Of a stretch of DNA of 64,000 bases, positions 39,079 to 50,041 are shown in pieces. Position 1 is the stretch's first letter; each line of letters opens with the position of its first letter. A program made the position numbers and the translations under genes. The stretch is taken from NCBI GenBank assembly GCA_945889445.1, contig CAMDBX010000002.1, forward strand, positions 2,041 through 66,040. The letters run 5' to 3'. The notes under the pieces were generated by a model. The model did no database searches. It was given only the letters and a program-made list of their open reading frames with translations, and was not told where the DNA came from. This DNA comes from Rhizobium sp. Q54 (GTDB lineage: Bacteria > Pseudomonadota > Alphaproteobacteria > Rhizobiales > Aestuariivirgaceae).

Positions 39079-39957
39079 TTGTCCTTCCAGGATGCCCTCG
39101 CCCGCTGCGCCACCGAAACCGATGCCCTGCTCGACCGGTTGCTGCCCATCGACGCCTTCCCTGCCCCGCGGGTGACCGAGGCCATGCGCTATTCAGCGCT
39201 TGGCCAGGGCAAGCGGCTGAGGCCCTTCCTGGTGGTCGAATCGGCAGCTCTGTTCGGCGTGCCGCGCGATCGGGCACTCCGGACGGGTGCGGCACTGGAA
39301 TGCGTACACTGCTATTCGCTGGTGCATGACGACCTGCCCGCCATGGACGACGACGACCTGCGCCGCGGCAAGCCCACCGCCCACAAGGCCTTCGACGAGG
39401 CGACCGCCATCCTCGCCGGGGACGCCCTGCTGACCTATGCCTTCGAGATCCTGGCCGATGAGGCCACCCACCCCGATGCAGCCATCCGCATGGCTCTCGT
39501 GTCGAAACTCGCCAAGGCCGCAGGCGTTGCCGGCATGGTGGGCGGCCAGATGCTGGACATCGAGGCCGAGACGCAGAATGCCGCGGAGCTCGCGCACATC
39601 GGGCTTATCCAGTCACTGAAGACGGGCGCGCTGTTCCGCTATGCCTGCGAAGCGGGCGCGATCCTGGGACAGGCCGACCCCGCCCCACTCATCCGCTATG
39701 CCCAGAAAATCGGCCTCGCCTTCCAGATCGCTGATGACATTCTCGACGTCGAGTCGACGCCCGAGGCTCTGGGCAAGGCGACGCAGAAGGACAAGGCCAT
39801 GGGCAAGGCCACCTTCGTGGACCTGCTGGGAATGGACGAGGCCAAGAGGCGGGCGGCAGAGCTGGTGGACGAGGCGGTGGAGAGTTTGGCTGGCTACGGC
39901 AACAAGGCCCGCGTGCTGAACGAAGCGGCGCGGTTCATCGTGGAGAGACGGAAGTAG
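39079..39957 (+). CDS. ispA: Polyprenyl synthetase (farnesyl diphosphate synthase)
   Basis: GKRLRP, HCYSLVHDDLPAMDDDDLRRGKPT, GQMLD, KTGAL, FQIADDILD. Confidence 0.93.
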   Translation: MSFQDALARCATETDALLDRLLPIDAFPAPRVTEAMRYSALGQGKRLRPFLVVESAALFGVPRDRALRTGAALECVHCYSLVHDDLPAMDDDDLRRGKPTAHKAFDEATAILAGDALLTYAFEILADEATHPDAAIRMALVSKLAKAAGVAGMVGGQMLDIEAETQNAAELAHIGLIQSLKTGALFRYACEAGAILGQADPAPLIRYAQKIGLAFQIADDILDVESTPEALGKATQKDKAMGKATFVDLLGMDEAKRRAAELVDEAVESLAGYGNKARVLNEAARFIVERRK

Positions 39958-39962
39958 CACGG

Positions 39963-39992
39963 CGTCTTCTCCCGCTTCCGCGGGAGAAGACG
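39963..39992. terminator. Hairpin between convergent ispA and ispG (bidirectional terminator or REP-like)
   Basis: cgtcttctcccgc-ttcc-gcgggagaagacg, 13-bp perfect stem. Confidence 0.65.
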
Positions 39993-39993
39993 T

Positions 39994-41220
39994 CTAGTGA
40001 CCCCAGCGGCCCTTCACATAGTCTTCAACGATCGCCTGGAACTGCTGCGAGATGTCTTCGCCGCGCAGCGTCATGGCCTTCTTGCCGTCGATGAAGATCG
40101 GAGCTGCAGGCAATTCGCCCGTGCCGGGGAGCGAGATGCCGATGTCGGCGTGCTTTGACTCGCCGGGGCCGTTGACGATGCATCCCATGACGGCAAGCGA
40201 CAGCGTCTCGAAGCCCGGATAGTCGCGCTGCCAGTCGGGCATGCGGTTGCGGACGTAGGACTGAATGTCCTGCGCCAGTTCCTGGAAGGTAGTGGAGGTG
40301 GTGCGGCCGCAGCCGGGGCAGGCAATGACCATCGGTGCGAAGCTGCGGATGCCCATTGTCTGCAGGATTTCCTGTGCCACGATCACCTCTCGGCTACGGT
40401 CACCGCCGGGCTCCGGCGTGAGCGAGATGCGGATCGTATCGCCAATGCCTTCCTGCAACAGCACGCCGAGTGCGGCCGTCGAGGCGACGATGCCCTTGGA
40501 GCCCATGCCGGCCTCGGTGAGGCCCAGATGCAGTGCGAAGTCGCAGCGTGATGCGAGGGAGCGATAGACAGCGATCAGGTCCTGCACCTCGGAGCACTTG
40601 GCTGAGATCAGGATCTTGTCCTTCGCGAGACCCAGTTCCACCGCGCGCGCCGCGGACATGAGGCCGGACTGCACAACCGCCTCGTGCATCACCTCGCGCA
40701 CGTCCATCGGCTCGGCGGACTTGGCGTTCTGGTCCATGAGTTCGGTCAGCAGCGCATTGTCGAGCGAGCCCCAGTTGACGCCGATGCGCACCGGGCGGTC
40801 AAACTTCATCGCCGTCTCGACCATCATCGAGAAGTTGCGGTCCTTCTTCTCCCTGAAGCCGACATTGCCGGGGTTGATGCGGTATTTGGCCAGCGCCTCG
40901 GCACAGGCCGGGTGGTCGTTCAGCAGGGTGTGGCCATTATAGTGGAAGTCGCCGACGAGCGGCACGTTGACGCCCATGCGGTCCAACATATCGCGGATGT
41001 GGGGGACGGCCTTGGCGGACTCCTCACGGTCGACCGTGATGCGCACCAACTCCGAGCCGGCGCGGGCGAGTGCCGCAGTCTGCTGGGCGGTGCCCTCGGC
41101 ATCGGCCGTGTCGGTGTTGGTCATGGACTGGACGACGATGGGGGCAGCGCCGCCCACCGTGATGTGGCCCACCTTGACGGGGATGGATTTGCGGCGGTTC
41201 TTGATCGCGGAATAGCTCAT
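39994..41220 (-). CDS. ispG: (E)-4-hydroxy-3-methylbut-2-enyl-diphosphate synthase
   Basis: [67 protein letters not shown]. Confidence 0.97.
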   Translation of the reverse strand: MSYSAIKNRRKSIPVKVGHITVGGAAPIVVQSMTNTDTADAEGTAQQTAALARAGSELVRITVDREESAKAVPHIRDMLDRMGVNVPLVGDFHYNGHTLLNDHPACAEALAKYRINPGNVGFREKKDRNFSMMVETAMKFDRPVRIGVNWGSLDNALLTELMDQNAKSAEPMDVREVMHEAVVQSGLMSAARAVELGLAKDKILISAKCSEVQDLIAVYRSLASRCDFALHLGLTEAGMGSKGIVASTAALGVLLQEGIGDTIRISLTPEPGGDRSREVIVAQEILQTMGIRSFAPMVIACPGCGRTTSTTFQELAQDIQSYVRNRMPDWQRDYPGFETLSLAVMGCIVNGPGESKHADIGISLPGTGELPAAPIFIDGKKAMTLRGEDISQQFQAIVEDYVKGRWGH

Positions 41221-41225
41221 GGGTG

Positions 41226-42026
41226 TTAACTGGCCTGTGGACGAAGCAAGGTCAAGACGAAGAGCAGGCCCGCCGAAAGGACGATGGCCGGCCCGGTGAT
41301 CGCATTGGCGAATGCGGAGAGTGCGAGCCCCATCACCACCGCCACGCAGGCGATGGCGGCCGAGACCAGCGCCATGGCCTCCGGGCTGTTGGTCAGGCGG
41401 CGGGCGGCGGCGGCGGGAATCACCAGAAGTGCGGTGATCAGCAGCAGGCCGACGATCTTCATCGAGATCGCCGTCATCAGCGCGATCAGCAGCACGAAGC
41501 CCAGTTCGACGCGCCTGACCTTGATGCCCTCCGCCTGGGCCAGCTCCTCATGCACCGACATGGCGATCAGGTCGCGCCACAGGAAGCCGAGGATCAGCAG
41601 CACGGCCGCACCACCCACCCAGACGACGGAGACATCCTTCCAGCTGACCGTGAGGATGTCTCCGAAGAGGAGGTCCATATGGTCGCCGGCGGAGCCGGTG
41701 ACAAAGCCCACGGTAACGATGCCGAGCGCCAGCGAGGTGTGCGACAGGATGCCAAGCAACGTGTCGGTGGCCAGTATGCGCTGGCTCTTCATCAGCATCA
41801 GCAGCAGGGCCACGGCCACGCCGGAAGCCACCGCACCGAGCGTGAGACTGAAGCCAAGCAGCAGGCCGAGGCCGACGCCGAAGAGCCCTGAGTGCGCCAG
41901 CGTCTCGCCGAAATAGGCCATGCGGCGCCACACGATGAAGCAGCCGACGGGGCCCGCCACCGACGCAATTGCGAGGCCCGCGAGAAGGGCGCGCTGGAAG
42001 AAGGGCTGGGTGAGGATATCAAGCAC
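41226..42026 (-). CDS. znuB: Zinc ABC transporter permease
   Basis: [38 protein letters not shown]. Confidence 0.92.
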   Translation of the reverse strand: MLDILTQPFFQRALLAGLAIASVAGPVGCFIVWRRMAYFGETLAHSGLFGVGLGLLLGFSLTLGAVASGVAVALLLMLMKSQRILATDTLLGILSHTSLALGIVTVGFVTGSAGDHMDLLFGDILTVSWKDVSVVWVGGAAVLLILGFLWRDLIAMSVHEELAQAEGIKVRRVELGFVLLIALMTAISMKIVGLLLITALLVIPAAAARRLTNSPEAMALVSAAIACVAVVMGLALSAFANAITGPAIVLSAGLLFVLTLLRPQAS

Positions 42027-42031
42027 AGGCG

Positions 42032-42802
42032 TCAGTGCCGGTGATCGTGGTTGTGATGGTCATGGCCGCAATCATGGCTTTCATGGTCGTGATCATGGTG
42101 GTGGGTGTAGGCGGCGATCATGCGCGCCGCAGAAGGTCCGAAGAGCTTGGCGAACTCCGGGTCCTGCTGCACCTTGGTGGGGCCGCCCTCGCAGCACACA
42201 TGGCCATTCAGGCAGACGACGTGGTCGCTCTCCGCCATCACCATGTGCAGGTCATGGCTGACCATGAGGATGCCGCAGCCATGGCGCTTGCGGACATCGG
42301 AAATCAACTCGTACATGCGCGCCTCGCCGAGGAAGTCGACGGCCTGCACCGGCTCGTCAAGAACCAGCAGTTCGGGCTTGCGCAGCAGCGCGCGGGCCAG
42401 CAATGCGCGTTGCAGCTCGCCGCCGGAGAGCCTTGCAACATTGGCGTCCTTCAGGTGCGAAATGCCGGTCTCGGCCAGCGCCTCGTCGATCTCGCTCTCG
42501 GTGGGCTTCAATGTCAGCGACAGCAGGCGGCGCACGTCCAGCGGAACATTGGAGGTGAGCGGGAAGCGTTGCGGCACATAGCCGATGCGCAGGGACTTGG
42601 AACGAATGATCTCGCCCGAGGTGAGCGGCTGCAGGCCCAGAAGGCAGCGCACGAGCGTCGACTTGCCCGCACCATTGGGTCCGATCACCGTGACGATCTC
42701 GTTGGGGCGCACGTCGAGGTTCACCTTGTCCAGGATGGTGCGGCCGCCGATGGTGAGCGTTGCGTCTCGCGCGCTGAGGATGGCATTGGTCACTTTCAGC
42801 AT
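42032..42802 (-). CDS. znuC: Zinc ABC transporter ATP-binding protein
   Basis: IGPNGAGKST, IGYVPQ, LSGGE.QR, LDEP, SHDLH.VM, CLN.HVCC.G.P, His-rich C-terminus. Confidence 0.93.
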   Translation of the reverse strand: MLKVTNAILSARDATLTIGGRTILDKVNLDVRPNEIVTVIGPNGAGKSTLVRCLLGLQPLTSGEIIRSKSLRIGYVPQRFPLTSNVPLDVRRLLSLTLKPTESEIDEALAETGISHLKDANVARLSGGELQRALLARALLRKPELLVLDEPVQAVDFLGEARMYELISDVRKRHGCGILMVSHDLHMVMAESDHVVCLNGHVCCEGGPTKVQQDPEFAKLFGPSAARMIAAYTHHHDHDHESHDCGHDHHNHDHRH

Positions 42803-43275
42803 CAGGCAATCTCCCCGCAGGCGGCACACAGGCCGGTGAGTTCCACGACGCTGCGATGCACGGCGAAGCCCTGCGACTTGGCGGCGGATTGCAGCGCCTC
42901 GAACATCTCCGGCGCATCGAGTTCGGCGACAAGGCCGCATTTCTCGCAGACCAGCATGGCGGCGGGCTTCCCCTCATGCGGGTGGGTGCAGGCGATGAAG
43001 GCGTTTCGGCTCTCGATCTTGTGGACGAGGCCATGTGCCTCGAGGAAATCCAGCGCGCGGTAGACGGTGATCGGTGCTGGCCGGGGCCCATGGCCCGCCA
43101 TGCGCTCGATGATGTCATAGGCCCCCACCGCCGAGTGGCTTTCCGCCACGCAGTTCAGCACGTCACGGCGCTGGCCGGTGAGGCGAGAGCCCCTCCGCTC
43201 GCAGGTGCGCTCGGCACGCGCCAGAAGTTCCGCGGTGCAATTCTCATGGTCGTGGTGTGGCACGGGGAATGACAT
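42802..43275 (-). CDS. zur: Zinc uptake regulator (Fur family)
   Basis: C..RG.RLT..RR.VL, GAYD, P.TVYRALDFL...GL.HKIES.NAF.AC, C..CG...E, C..C; TGATG overlap with znuC. Confidence 0.93.
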   Translation of the reverse strand: MSFPVPHHDHENCTAELLARAERTCERRGSRLTGQRRDVLNCVAESHSAVGAYDIIERMAGHGPRPAPITVYRALDFLEAHGLVHKIESRNAFIACTHPHEGKPAAMLVCEKCGLVAELDAPEMFEALQSAAKSQGFAVHRSVVELTGLCAACGEIA

Positions 43276-43278
43276 GAA

Positions 43279-43294
43279 CGTTATAATATAACAT
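43279..43294. promoter_or_regulatory. Zur box
   Basis: GTTATA-A-TATAAC palindrome (43280-43292), 4 bp upstream of the zur ATG; matches the proteobacterial Zur operator pattern. Confidence 0.85.
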
Positions 43295-43351
43295 GCTTGC
43301 GGCAAGTTCCAGTTCCATCCACCATGGTTTTGCAATTTCAGGAGTGCAGCC

Positions 43352-43645
43352 ATGACCGACCACACCCACGGAACCGCAAAGGCCACGGTTTTCATCGAGA
43401 ATGACCGGGTGATCGTCACCGAATACCGCTTTGCCCCCGGCGCCAACACCGGCTGGCACAAGCATGGCCACGACTATGTGGTGGTGCCGCTGATGGACGG
43501 GAAGGTGCGCCTCGAGACCCCCACCGGGCCCGCCCATGCCGAGATGAAGGCAGGTGTTCCCTATTTCCGCCACGCCGGGGTCGAGCATGACGTGATCAAC
43601 GCCAACGACACCGAATATGCCTTCATCGAAATCGAGTTGAAGTGA
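43352..43645 (+). CDS. Small cupin protein (BauB-like)
   Basis: N.RV.VTE.RF.PG..TGWH.H..DYVVVP...G, GVEH.V.N......F.EIE.K; RBS AGGAG. Confidence 0.85.
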   Translation: MTDHTHGTAKATVFIENDRVIVTEYRFAPGANTGWHKHGHDYVVVPLMDGKVRLETPTGPAHAEMKAGVPYFRHAGVEHDVINANDTEYAFIEIELK

Positions 43646-44730
43646 AGTTCCTGGTTCTCAATGCGGGCTCGTCCTCACTCAAGTTCGCGGTTTTCAACGG
43701 CGAACTGAAGATGCTGCTGAAGGGGCAGGTTTCCGGCATCGGCTCGAAGCCGCGCCTCGATGTGGAGGGCCATCCCGGCCACGAGGTGCCGTACGTGACG
43801 AGCCCCAGCGAGGGCCTGCTGGTCGCTGCCGAGTGGCTGGCGGACAATGGCCATGAGCCTGCGCAGTTCAACGGCATCGGGCACCGCATTGTGCATGGCG
43901 GCACGCAATATGTGAATCCGGTCGCCGTCAACGACCAGATCCAGAAGGATCTGGACGCGATGCGACAGCTGGCGCCGCTGCACCTGCCCTTCGGGCTGGG
44001 GGTTCTGCGCGAGATGCGGCGCGTGGCACCGGAGGTGCCGAACATCGCCTGCTTCGACACCGCCTTTCACGCCACGCAGCCGGAGCTCGCCACCAGGCTC
44101 CCGATCCCGCGCCGCTATTTCGATAAGGGCTACCGGCGCTATGGGTTCCACGGGCTCAACTACCAGCACGTGGTGGAGGCGCTGCCGCATGTCTCCGGCA
44201 AGCCGCTGCCGCGGCGGCTGCTTGCGGCACATCTGGGTTCGGGCGCCTCGATGTGCGCGATCTTCGATGGCAAGAGTGTAGCTACCACAATGGTCTTCTC
44301 GACAGCGGACGGCCTTGTGATGGGCACGCGCACCGGCTCGATCGACCCCGGCGTTCTGGTCGCTCTCATGCGCGACGAACACATGGACCTCGAGCAACTC
44401 GAGGACCTCCTGTATCGCAAGAGCGGGCTGCTCGGCCTTTCCGGCATATCGCCGGACATGCGCGTGCTGCTGGCCAGCGACCGCACCGAGGCGAGCGAGG
44501 CGGTGGACTACTACTGCTATTCCGCCGCGCGCCATGCGGCTTCACTGGTACCGGCCTTGGGCGGTGTTGATGCCATGGTATTCACCGGCGGCGTGGGCGA
44601 GAATGCCGGTGCCGTGCGGGCCCGCATCATGGGCCACCTCAAGTGGCTGGGGATCGGGCCGGAGAATGTCTATGTCGTTCCCGCCAACGAGGAACTGACC
44701 ATCGCGCGCGGCGTCAAGGAACTGGTCTAG
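43642..44730 (+). CDS. ackA: Acetate/propionate kinase
   Basis: [73 protein letters not shown] overlap with the cupin gene. Confidence 0.92.
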   Translation: MKFLVLNAGSSSLKFAVFNGELKMLLKGQVSGIGSKPRLDVEGHPGHEVPYVTSPSEGLLVAAEWLADNGHEPAQFNGIGHRIVHGGTQYVNPVAVNDQIQKDLDAMRQLAPLHLPFGLGVLREMRRVAPEVPNIACFDTAFHATQPELATRLPIPRRYFDKGYRRYGFHGLNYQHVVEALPHVSGKPLPRRLLAAHLGSGASMCAIFDGKSVATTMVFSTADGLVMGTRTGSIDPGVLVALMRDEHMDLEQLEDLLYRKSGLLGLSGISPDMRVLLASDRTEASEAVDYYCYSAARHAASLVPALGGVDAMVFTGGVGENAGAVRARIMGHLKWLGIGPENVYVVPANEELTIARGVKELV

Positions 44731-45629
44731 CTCATCGCCAGCAGCAGCGAGCCAGTGGCGACGATGTCATCCACCGTTGCACCACGCGACAGGTCCGACA
44801 CTGGCCTGGCGAACCCCTGCAGCACAGGGCCCATGGCCTGCGCGCCCGCCAGATACTGCGTGAGCTTGTAGGCGATGTTGCCGGCATCGAGGTCCGGGAA
44901 GACGAGCACATTCGCGCGACCCGCCACTTCGCCGGGTTCCTTCAGCTTCTTCGCCGCAACCGCAGGCGACAGCGCCGCATCGCCCTGCAACTCGCCGTCG
45001 ATCTTGAGGTGTGGCGACTTCGCACGGGCGATGCGCAGCGCCTCGATCACCTTGTCGGCATCCGGATGGCTGCCGCTGCCCTTGGTGGAGAAGGATAGCA
45101 GCGCCACGCGCGGTTCCTCGCCAAGAAAGAGCGCTGCACTTGCCGCCGACGCGATGGCGATGTCGGCGAGTTCGGCCGCATTCGGCTGGATGTTGACGCC
45201 GCAGTCGGCGAAGACCAGCCGCCGGTCCGGCCATTGCATGAGGAAGAAGCTCGATGGCGTTTCGATTCCCACCGCCGGGCCGATCGTCATCAGCGCCGCC
45301 TCGATGACGCGCGCCGTGGGGTTGGCAGCACCCGCCAGCATGGCATTGGCCTCGCCGGCAGCAACGGCAGCACCGGCACGGTAAAGCGGCTTCTTGAGGA
45401 GCCGCATCGCCATGGCCTCGGACATCTTCTCGCGCCGGGACTGCACAAGGGCGACATGCGCCACTGTCGCAGCCGGCACATCGTCAGGGCCGAAGACAAT
45501 GGCCTCGGCGAGGCCTTCGCGGCGAAAGCGCTCGGCAGCGGCCCTGATCCGCTCGTCATCGCCCTCTGGCATCACAAGTTTCAGACCTCTGCCCTTGATT
45601 TTGGCCTTGGCTTCGTCAATCACGCTCAT
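44727..45629 (-). CDS. pta: Phosphate acetyltransferase (short PtaI type)
   Basis: [59 protein letters not shown]...PVSDLSRG. Confidence 0.93.
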   Translation of the reverse strand: MSVIDEAKAKIKGRGLKLVMPEGDDERIRAAAERFRREGLAEAIVFGPDDVPAATVAHVALVQSRREKMSEAMAMRLLKKPLYRAGAAVAAGEANAMLAGAANPTARVIEAALMTIGPAVGIETPSSFFLMQWPDRRLVFADCGVNIQPNAAELADIAIASAASAALFLGEEPRVALLSFSTKGSGSHPDADKVIEALRIARAKSPHLKIDGELQGDAALSPAVAAKKLKEPGEVAGRANVLVFPDLDAGNIAYKLTQYLAGAQAMGPVLQGFARPVSDLSRGATVDDIVATGSLLLAMS

Positions 45630-45656
45630 CGGAACTCTCTTTTTCAGAAGGCGGCC

Positions 45657-46796
45657 ATGTCAGCAGAAGAAAAGATCGAAATCCACCGTGGCCTGAAGGG
45701 CGTCTATTTCGAGCGCTCCGGCACCACCTTCATCGACGGCAAGGCCGGGGAACTGCGTTACCGCGGTTATTCGATCCACGACCTCGCCCAGCATTCAAGC
45801 TTCGAGGAGACCGCCTACCTGCTGCTCAACGGCGAACTGCCGACGGCAGCCCAGCTTGTCGCCTTCGACGCCAAGCTGAAGGCGGCACGCAGGCTGCCCG
45901 GGGAGATCCTCTCGCTCATCGAGACGGTAAAACAATCGCACCCGATGGACGTGCTGCGCACCGCCGTCTCGGCGCTCGCCGGCTTCGAGCCCGACACCTA
46001 CGACAATTCCGTGGAGGCAACGCGCGACAAGGGCATCCGCCTCGCCTCGCAGGTGCCGATGATCGTGGCGGCGCATCAGGCGATCCGCAATGGCAGGCCC
46101 GTGCCGCTGCCCGACATGGCGCTGTCGCATGCCGCGAACTTCCTGTGGATGATCACCGGTCGCAAGCCATCTCCGCAAGGCGCGCAGCTGATGGACCGCG
46201 ACCTGATCCTGCATGCCGAGCACGGCAGCAACGCCTCCTCCTTCACCGCACGCGTGGTGATCGGCACCGAGGCCACGCTGCATGCGGCAATGACGTCGGC
46301 CATCGCAGCACTTTCCGGCCCGGCCCATGGCGGCGCAGCGGAGGACGTGATGCGCATGGCACAGGAGATCGGCGAGCCGGAACGGGCCGCCGCCTACGTC
46401 AAGGCGAAGCGCGCAGCGGGCGAGGCGGTCACGGGCTTCGGCCACCGCGTCTACCGCACCGAAGACCCGCGCGCCCGGCACATGCGCGATGGCGTGGAAA
46501 CACTGTCGCGCGAGATGGGCGAGCCCAAGTGGTTCGCCATCCTCCAGGCCGTGGTGGACGCCATGAAGTCCTATGCCCGCTTTGGCGTGAATGTGAACGT
46601 CGACTTCTACTCGGGTGCCATCTATTACCTGAACGGGATCCCGCCTGACCTGTTCGTGCCCATCTTTGCCGTGGGACGCGTGCCCGGCTGGACGGTGCAG
46701 TGCATCGAGCAGCTGCAGAACAACATACTCATCCGTCCACTGACGCTCTATGACGGCCCCTCAGCCCGCGATTACCTGCCCATTTCGCAACGCTGA
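45657..46796 (+). CDS. Citrate / 2-methylcitrate synthase family protein
   Basis: GL.GV, G.LRYRGY.I.DLA...SFEE..YLL, HAEH..NAS.F.AR, GPAHGGA, GFGHRVY...DPRA, NVDFYSG. Confidence 0.92.
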   Translation: MSAEEKIEIHRGLKGVYFERSGTTFIDGKAGELRYRGYSIHDLAQHSSFEETAYLLLNGELPTAAQLVAFDAKLKAARRLPGEILSLIETVKQSHPMDVLRTAVSALAGFEPDTYDNSVEATRDKGIRLASQVPMIVAAHQAIRNGRPVPLPDMALSHAANFLWMITGRKPSPQGAQLMDRDLILHAEHGSNASSFTARVVIGTEATLHAAMTSAIAALSGPAHGGAAEDVMRMAQEIGEPERAAAYVKAKRAAGEAVTGFGHRVYRTEDPRARHMRDGVETLSREMGEPKWFAILQAVVDAMKSYARFGVNVNVDFYSGAIYYLNGIPPDLFVPIFAVGRVPGWTVQCIEQLQNNILIRPLTLYDGPSARDYLPISQR

Positions 46797-47065
46797 GGGG
46801 CGCAGCTCCACATTCTCGCCCATCCAAGGCCACATTCCACCGGCACGGTTCAAACCGCGCACGGGTCGTTGCAGCGTGAAGACACACAGTGACCGCCCGC
46901 AACAGGAACCGGCAGGGGATGGGACGTGCCAGCAGCATCTTGCTCACGCTGGGCGAGCCTGTATCGCATTCATGCCCCCGCCTTGACGCTGATTTCGACG
47001 TGCCGTGACGGGCTGAGGCCGCGCGCTTCAAGCCACTACACGATCACTCTTCGGGAGCATGACAG

Positions 47066-48418
47066 ATGACGCACGACAAAACCTCATCCGAGCCGGTGGA
47101 ACTGCACGAGGAGCCTTCAGCTACCGCTGAGACCGCCGCGGTGCCGCACACTCCTGCCCACAAGGCGGCGCCCCGCGCCCCTCTACGCCGAGCGGCCCCT
47201 GTCCAGCCGGCGGCGCCGCTGCTGCAGCCCTCATGGGTGTTGAGTGCATCCGGAGAGCAGCTCACACGCGAAGAGCTTCTCGCGCGCTACCGCAGACAGC
47301 GCGCGTTGCCCGAGGACCCTTTCGAGACCGAGCCCGCTTCGGAGCTGCCCCACGGCGAGCCGGACACCATCAGGACCGAGCAGCATGGCACGCGCTTAAG
47401 AGACCGCGCGCGTGCGCCCGCCCCATCGCCACGCCCGAACCCGCGCGCTTTCAGCGCAACGCAGACCTTCGCCATTGCCGCAGCCACGGCGCTGGTGGCG
47501 GGCGGCAGCGCCGGGGTGCTGAGCGCACGCCTCGTAACCCCGCAAGCGACAGTCCCTGCTGCTGCCGACGCTGCCGCCTTCGATGCAACACCAGTTTCGC
47601 CCGCAACCCAGTTGCAGATGGCGGAACCCAACGCGGCGCGCGACACGATCATCGAGAAGAAGCCAGTGTCCACCGCTACGCTGCAGGTGGAGGATGTAAC
47701 GGGCGAAACCAACAGCTTCATCCCGCTGGCCCTGCATGCCGGGCCGGCGGGTCTGGAGACTGACATGCTGCTCAAGATCCAGGGCCTGCCCGAGGGCGCC
47801 TACCTCACCTCCGGCCATCGCCAGGACGACCAGATCTGGACACTTTCACTGGCTGAGATGAAGGGCGTGAAACTTGTGGTGCCACGCGCGGATGATCCGC
47901 AGATCGGCCTCGCCATCGCAGCCTTTGAACCGCGAAGCGGCGAATTGGCCGCGCCGGTGAAGACGATGACCGTGGCGTTGAAGGACGTGGTCGTCGAACC
48001 GGCTTCGGCACCACACCCGGACTTGAGCCTGCCGCCACCTGACGGCATCGATTCCACCATGCCCGGGGCGAGTGGCGCAGGCCAGCCGGCGTCGCTTCCG
48101 CCACCCTTCAGCAACAAGTTGGCGCTGGCGGGTCCTGAGTCGGTCGAGACGCTAAACCTGATCAACGGTGCAGACGCGCTGCTCAGCGGTGGCGACGTGG
48201 CCGCCGCCCGCCGCAGCTATGAGCGGGCCTGGGGCAAAGACGGCTCCGCCGCGGCCGCCTATGGCCTGGCACGGAGCTATGATCCTCTGGTGCTGCCCAC
48301 CCTGCCCGCCACCAATGCAACACCGGACAAGGGCCAGGCGATGCAGTGGTACAAGCGCGCAGCCGCGGCGGGCCATGCGGATGCCGCAAAGGCCATCACC
48401 CGGCTGCAGGTGAACTGA
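47066..48418 (+). CDS. Hypothetical membrane-anchored protein with Pro/Ala-rich linkers and a C-terminal Sel1/TPR-like region
   Basis: Single hydrophobic segment (FAIAAATALVAGGSAGVL), central GLP.GA.L..G....W.L domain, C-terminal GD..AAR..Y.RA...AA..LA.SYDP...A..WY.RAA..G. Confidence 0.7.
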   Translation: MTHDKTSSEPVELHEEPSATAETAAVPHTPAHKAAPRAPLRRAAPVQPAAPLLQPSWVLSASGEQLTREELLARYRRQRALPEDPFETEPASELPHGEPDTIRTEQHGTRLRDRARAPAPSPRPNPRAFSATQTFAIAAATALVAGGSAGVLSARLVTPQATVPAAADAAAFDATPVSPATQLQMAEPNAARDTIIEKKPVSTATLQVEDVTGETNSFIPLALHAGPAGLETDMLLKIQGLPEGAYLTSGHRQDDQIWTLSLAEMKGVKLVVPRADDPQIGLAIAAFEPRSGELAAPVKTMTVALKDVVVEPASAPHPDLSLPPPDGIDSTMPGASGAGQPASLPPPFSNKLALAGPESVETLNLINGADALLSGGDVAAARRSYERAWGKDGSAAAAYGLARSYDPLVLPTLPATNATPDKGQAMQWYKRAAAAGHADAAKAITRLQVN

Positions 48419-50029
48419 TCAGCTGGCGGGCCTGCCGCCAAGCGCGGCATCGAGCTTGCGGTCACGGCCATAGATGTCCGGCCGGAACTCGATGCTGCCA
48501 CCATCACCCTCGAAGGCGGTGGCATAGATGAGGTGGACCGGAATGTTCTCCGGAAGCCTCACGCGCGTGGTCTTGCCGCTGGCGAAGGCAGCGTCGATCT
48601 TCTGCTTCGACCATCCGGCGATGTCGCCCACCAGGTGATAGGCGAGGTCCATCGGCCGCGACAGGCGGATGCAGCCATGGCTGAAGGCCCGCGTGGTTGC
48701 GAGAAACTTGTCCTTGGACGGCGTGTCGTGCAGATAGATGTTGTAGGGGTTGGGCAGCATGAACTTCACCTTGCCCAGCGCATTCTTGGGACCCGGCTTC
48801 TGGCGGAAAGTGAAGGGGAATTTGCCCTTGCCATAGGCGTTCCAGTTGATGCCGCCCCATGAGGTGAGCTTGCCGTTCATGAACACTTCGAAGTCGGACG
48901 AATAGGCGGACGGATTGCGCCGCAGCTTCGGCAGCATCTCGCTGGTGGCGATTGAATAGGGCACGGTCCAGGTCGGATTGATCTCGACATACTCCAGCTC
49001 GTCCGAGAATTCCGGGGTCTGGTTGGCGACGGCGCCCACCACCACGTCCATGCGGTCGACGATGTCATGGTTCTGGACTTCGCTGAGTTCGAAGGAGGCC
49101 AGGTTCACCATGTAATGGTGATCGCCGAGGTTTTCCGGCATCCAGCGCCAACGCTCCATATTGAGCATGACCTGCCGTGCACGGTCCGCCGGCGGCACGT
49201 TGAGCGCGAGAATGGTCTGCTTGCCGACCACTCCCTTGGATTCGAGGCCGTTGCGCAGCTGAAAGCTCCTGACTGCCAACACGGTGGCGGAGTCATAGAC
49301 CTCACCTTCGTCGTCACCGCCGGGATGATCGCCCGTCAGCATCAGACGTTCGCGAATTTCGGGGATGCGGGGGTCGCTGGCGCCGGGCTGAATGTTGTCG
49401 CCCATCGCGATGGCGTCCCAGTCCACCGTTTCGCCCATGGCACGGTAGAGCGACAGCATCTTCTTCAGCGCCTGATAATGCGAATTCTGCGACTCAAAGG
49501 AGTCGAGGAAGTCGTCGGGCTCCGGTTGCGCGGCAAAACCGGTCATGATCGCCAGCACGTCCACGGTCTTGCGATTGCGGAAGTTCTTGGGATCGACCTT
49601 TTGTGGCGTCAGGCGGCCGATCTTCAGGTCAGTTGCATAGTTCACATAGAATGCCGTGAAGAAGAGCTCGGCCAGCGCCGCGCTCTCGGCGTCCGCAGGA
49701 TCGATGGTATCACGCAGTTCGATCAGCGCATCGAGCGGATAGTCGGCGGGATTGAGACCGTCATCCGCGGCATCGGCAAGCCGCTGCAGGAAGGGCGTAA
49801 TGCGGCCGGTTCCCACCCAGTAGACGGGGGCCTGGTCGCGAATGTAGTGCGCGATGAGCGCCAGGCGGATGCGCTCCAGCGGCAGCGGCAGACGCTCGGG
49901 CGCGTTCAGCACATCGGCGATCGCACTGCCCACCGCCGCCGCGGGCGGCACGGCAGGGGCGGCGCTGGCGGCGGCGGCAAGACCTGCCCACAGGAAAATC
50001 GCAAGGAGAAGTCTCGTCGCCGTCTGCAT
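48419..50029 (-). CDS. L,D-transpeptidase (YcbB/LdtD-like) with a peptidoglycan-binding domain
   Basis: Signal peptide, AV..FQ.RNGL...G.VG..T, NMERWRW, NP.W.VP.SI, QKPG..NALG.VKF, IYLHDTP, SHGCIR. Confidence 0.93.
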   Translation of the reverse strand: MQTATRLLLAIFLWAGLAAAASAAPAVPPAAAVGSAIADVLNAPERLPLPLERIRLALIAHYIRDQAPVYWVGTGRITPFLQRLADAADDGLNPADYPLDALIELRDTIDPADAESAALAELFFTAFYVNYATDLKIGRLTPQKVDPKNFRNRKTVDVLAIMTGFAAQPEPDDFLDSFESQNSHYQALKKMLSLYRAMGETVDWDAIAMGDNIQPGASDPRIPEIRERLMLTGDHPGGDDEGEVYDSATVLAVRSFQLRNGLESKGVVGKQTILALNVPPADRARQVMLNMERWRWMPENLGDHHYMVNLASFELSEVQNHDIVDRMDVVVGAVANQTPEFSDELEYVEINPTWTVPYSIATSEMLPKLRRNPSAYSSDFEVFMNGKLTSWGGINWNAYGKGKFPFTFRQKPGPKNALGKVKFMLPNPYNIYLHDTPSKDKFLATTRAFSHGCIRLSRPMDLAYHLVGDIAGWSKQKIDAAFASGKTTRVRLPENIPVHLIYATAFEGDGGSIEFRPDIYGRDRKLDAALGGRPAS

Positions 50030-50041
50030 CACTTGTCAGCC

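Noticed and set aside
46797..47065. Small ORF or ncRNA between the citrate synthase and the hypothetical gene
   Set aside because: No convincing RBS, protein motif or stable conserved structure is visible
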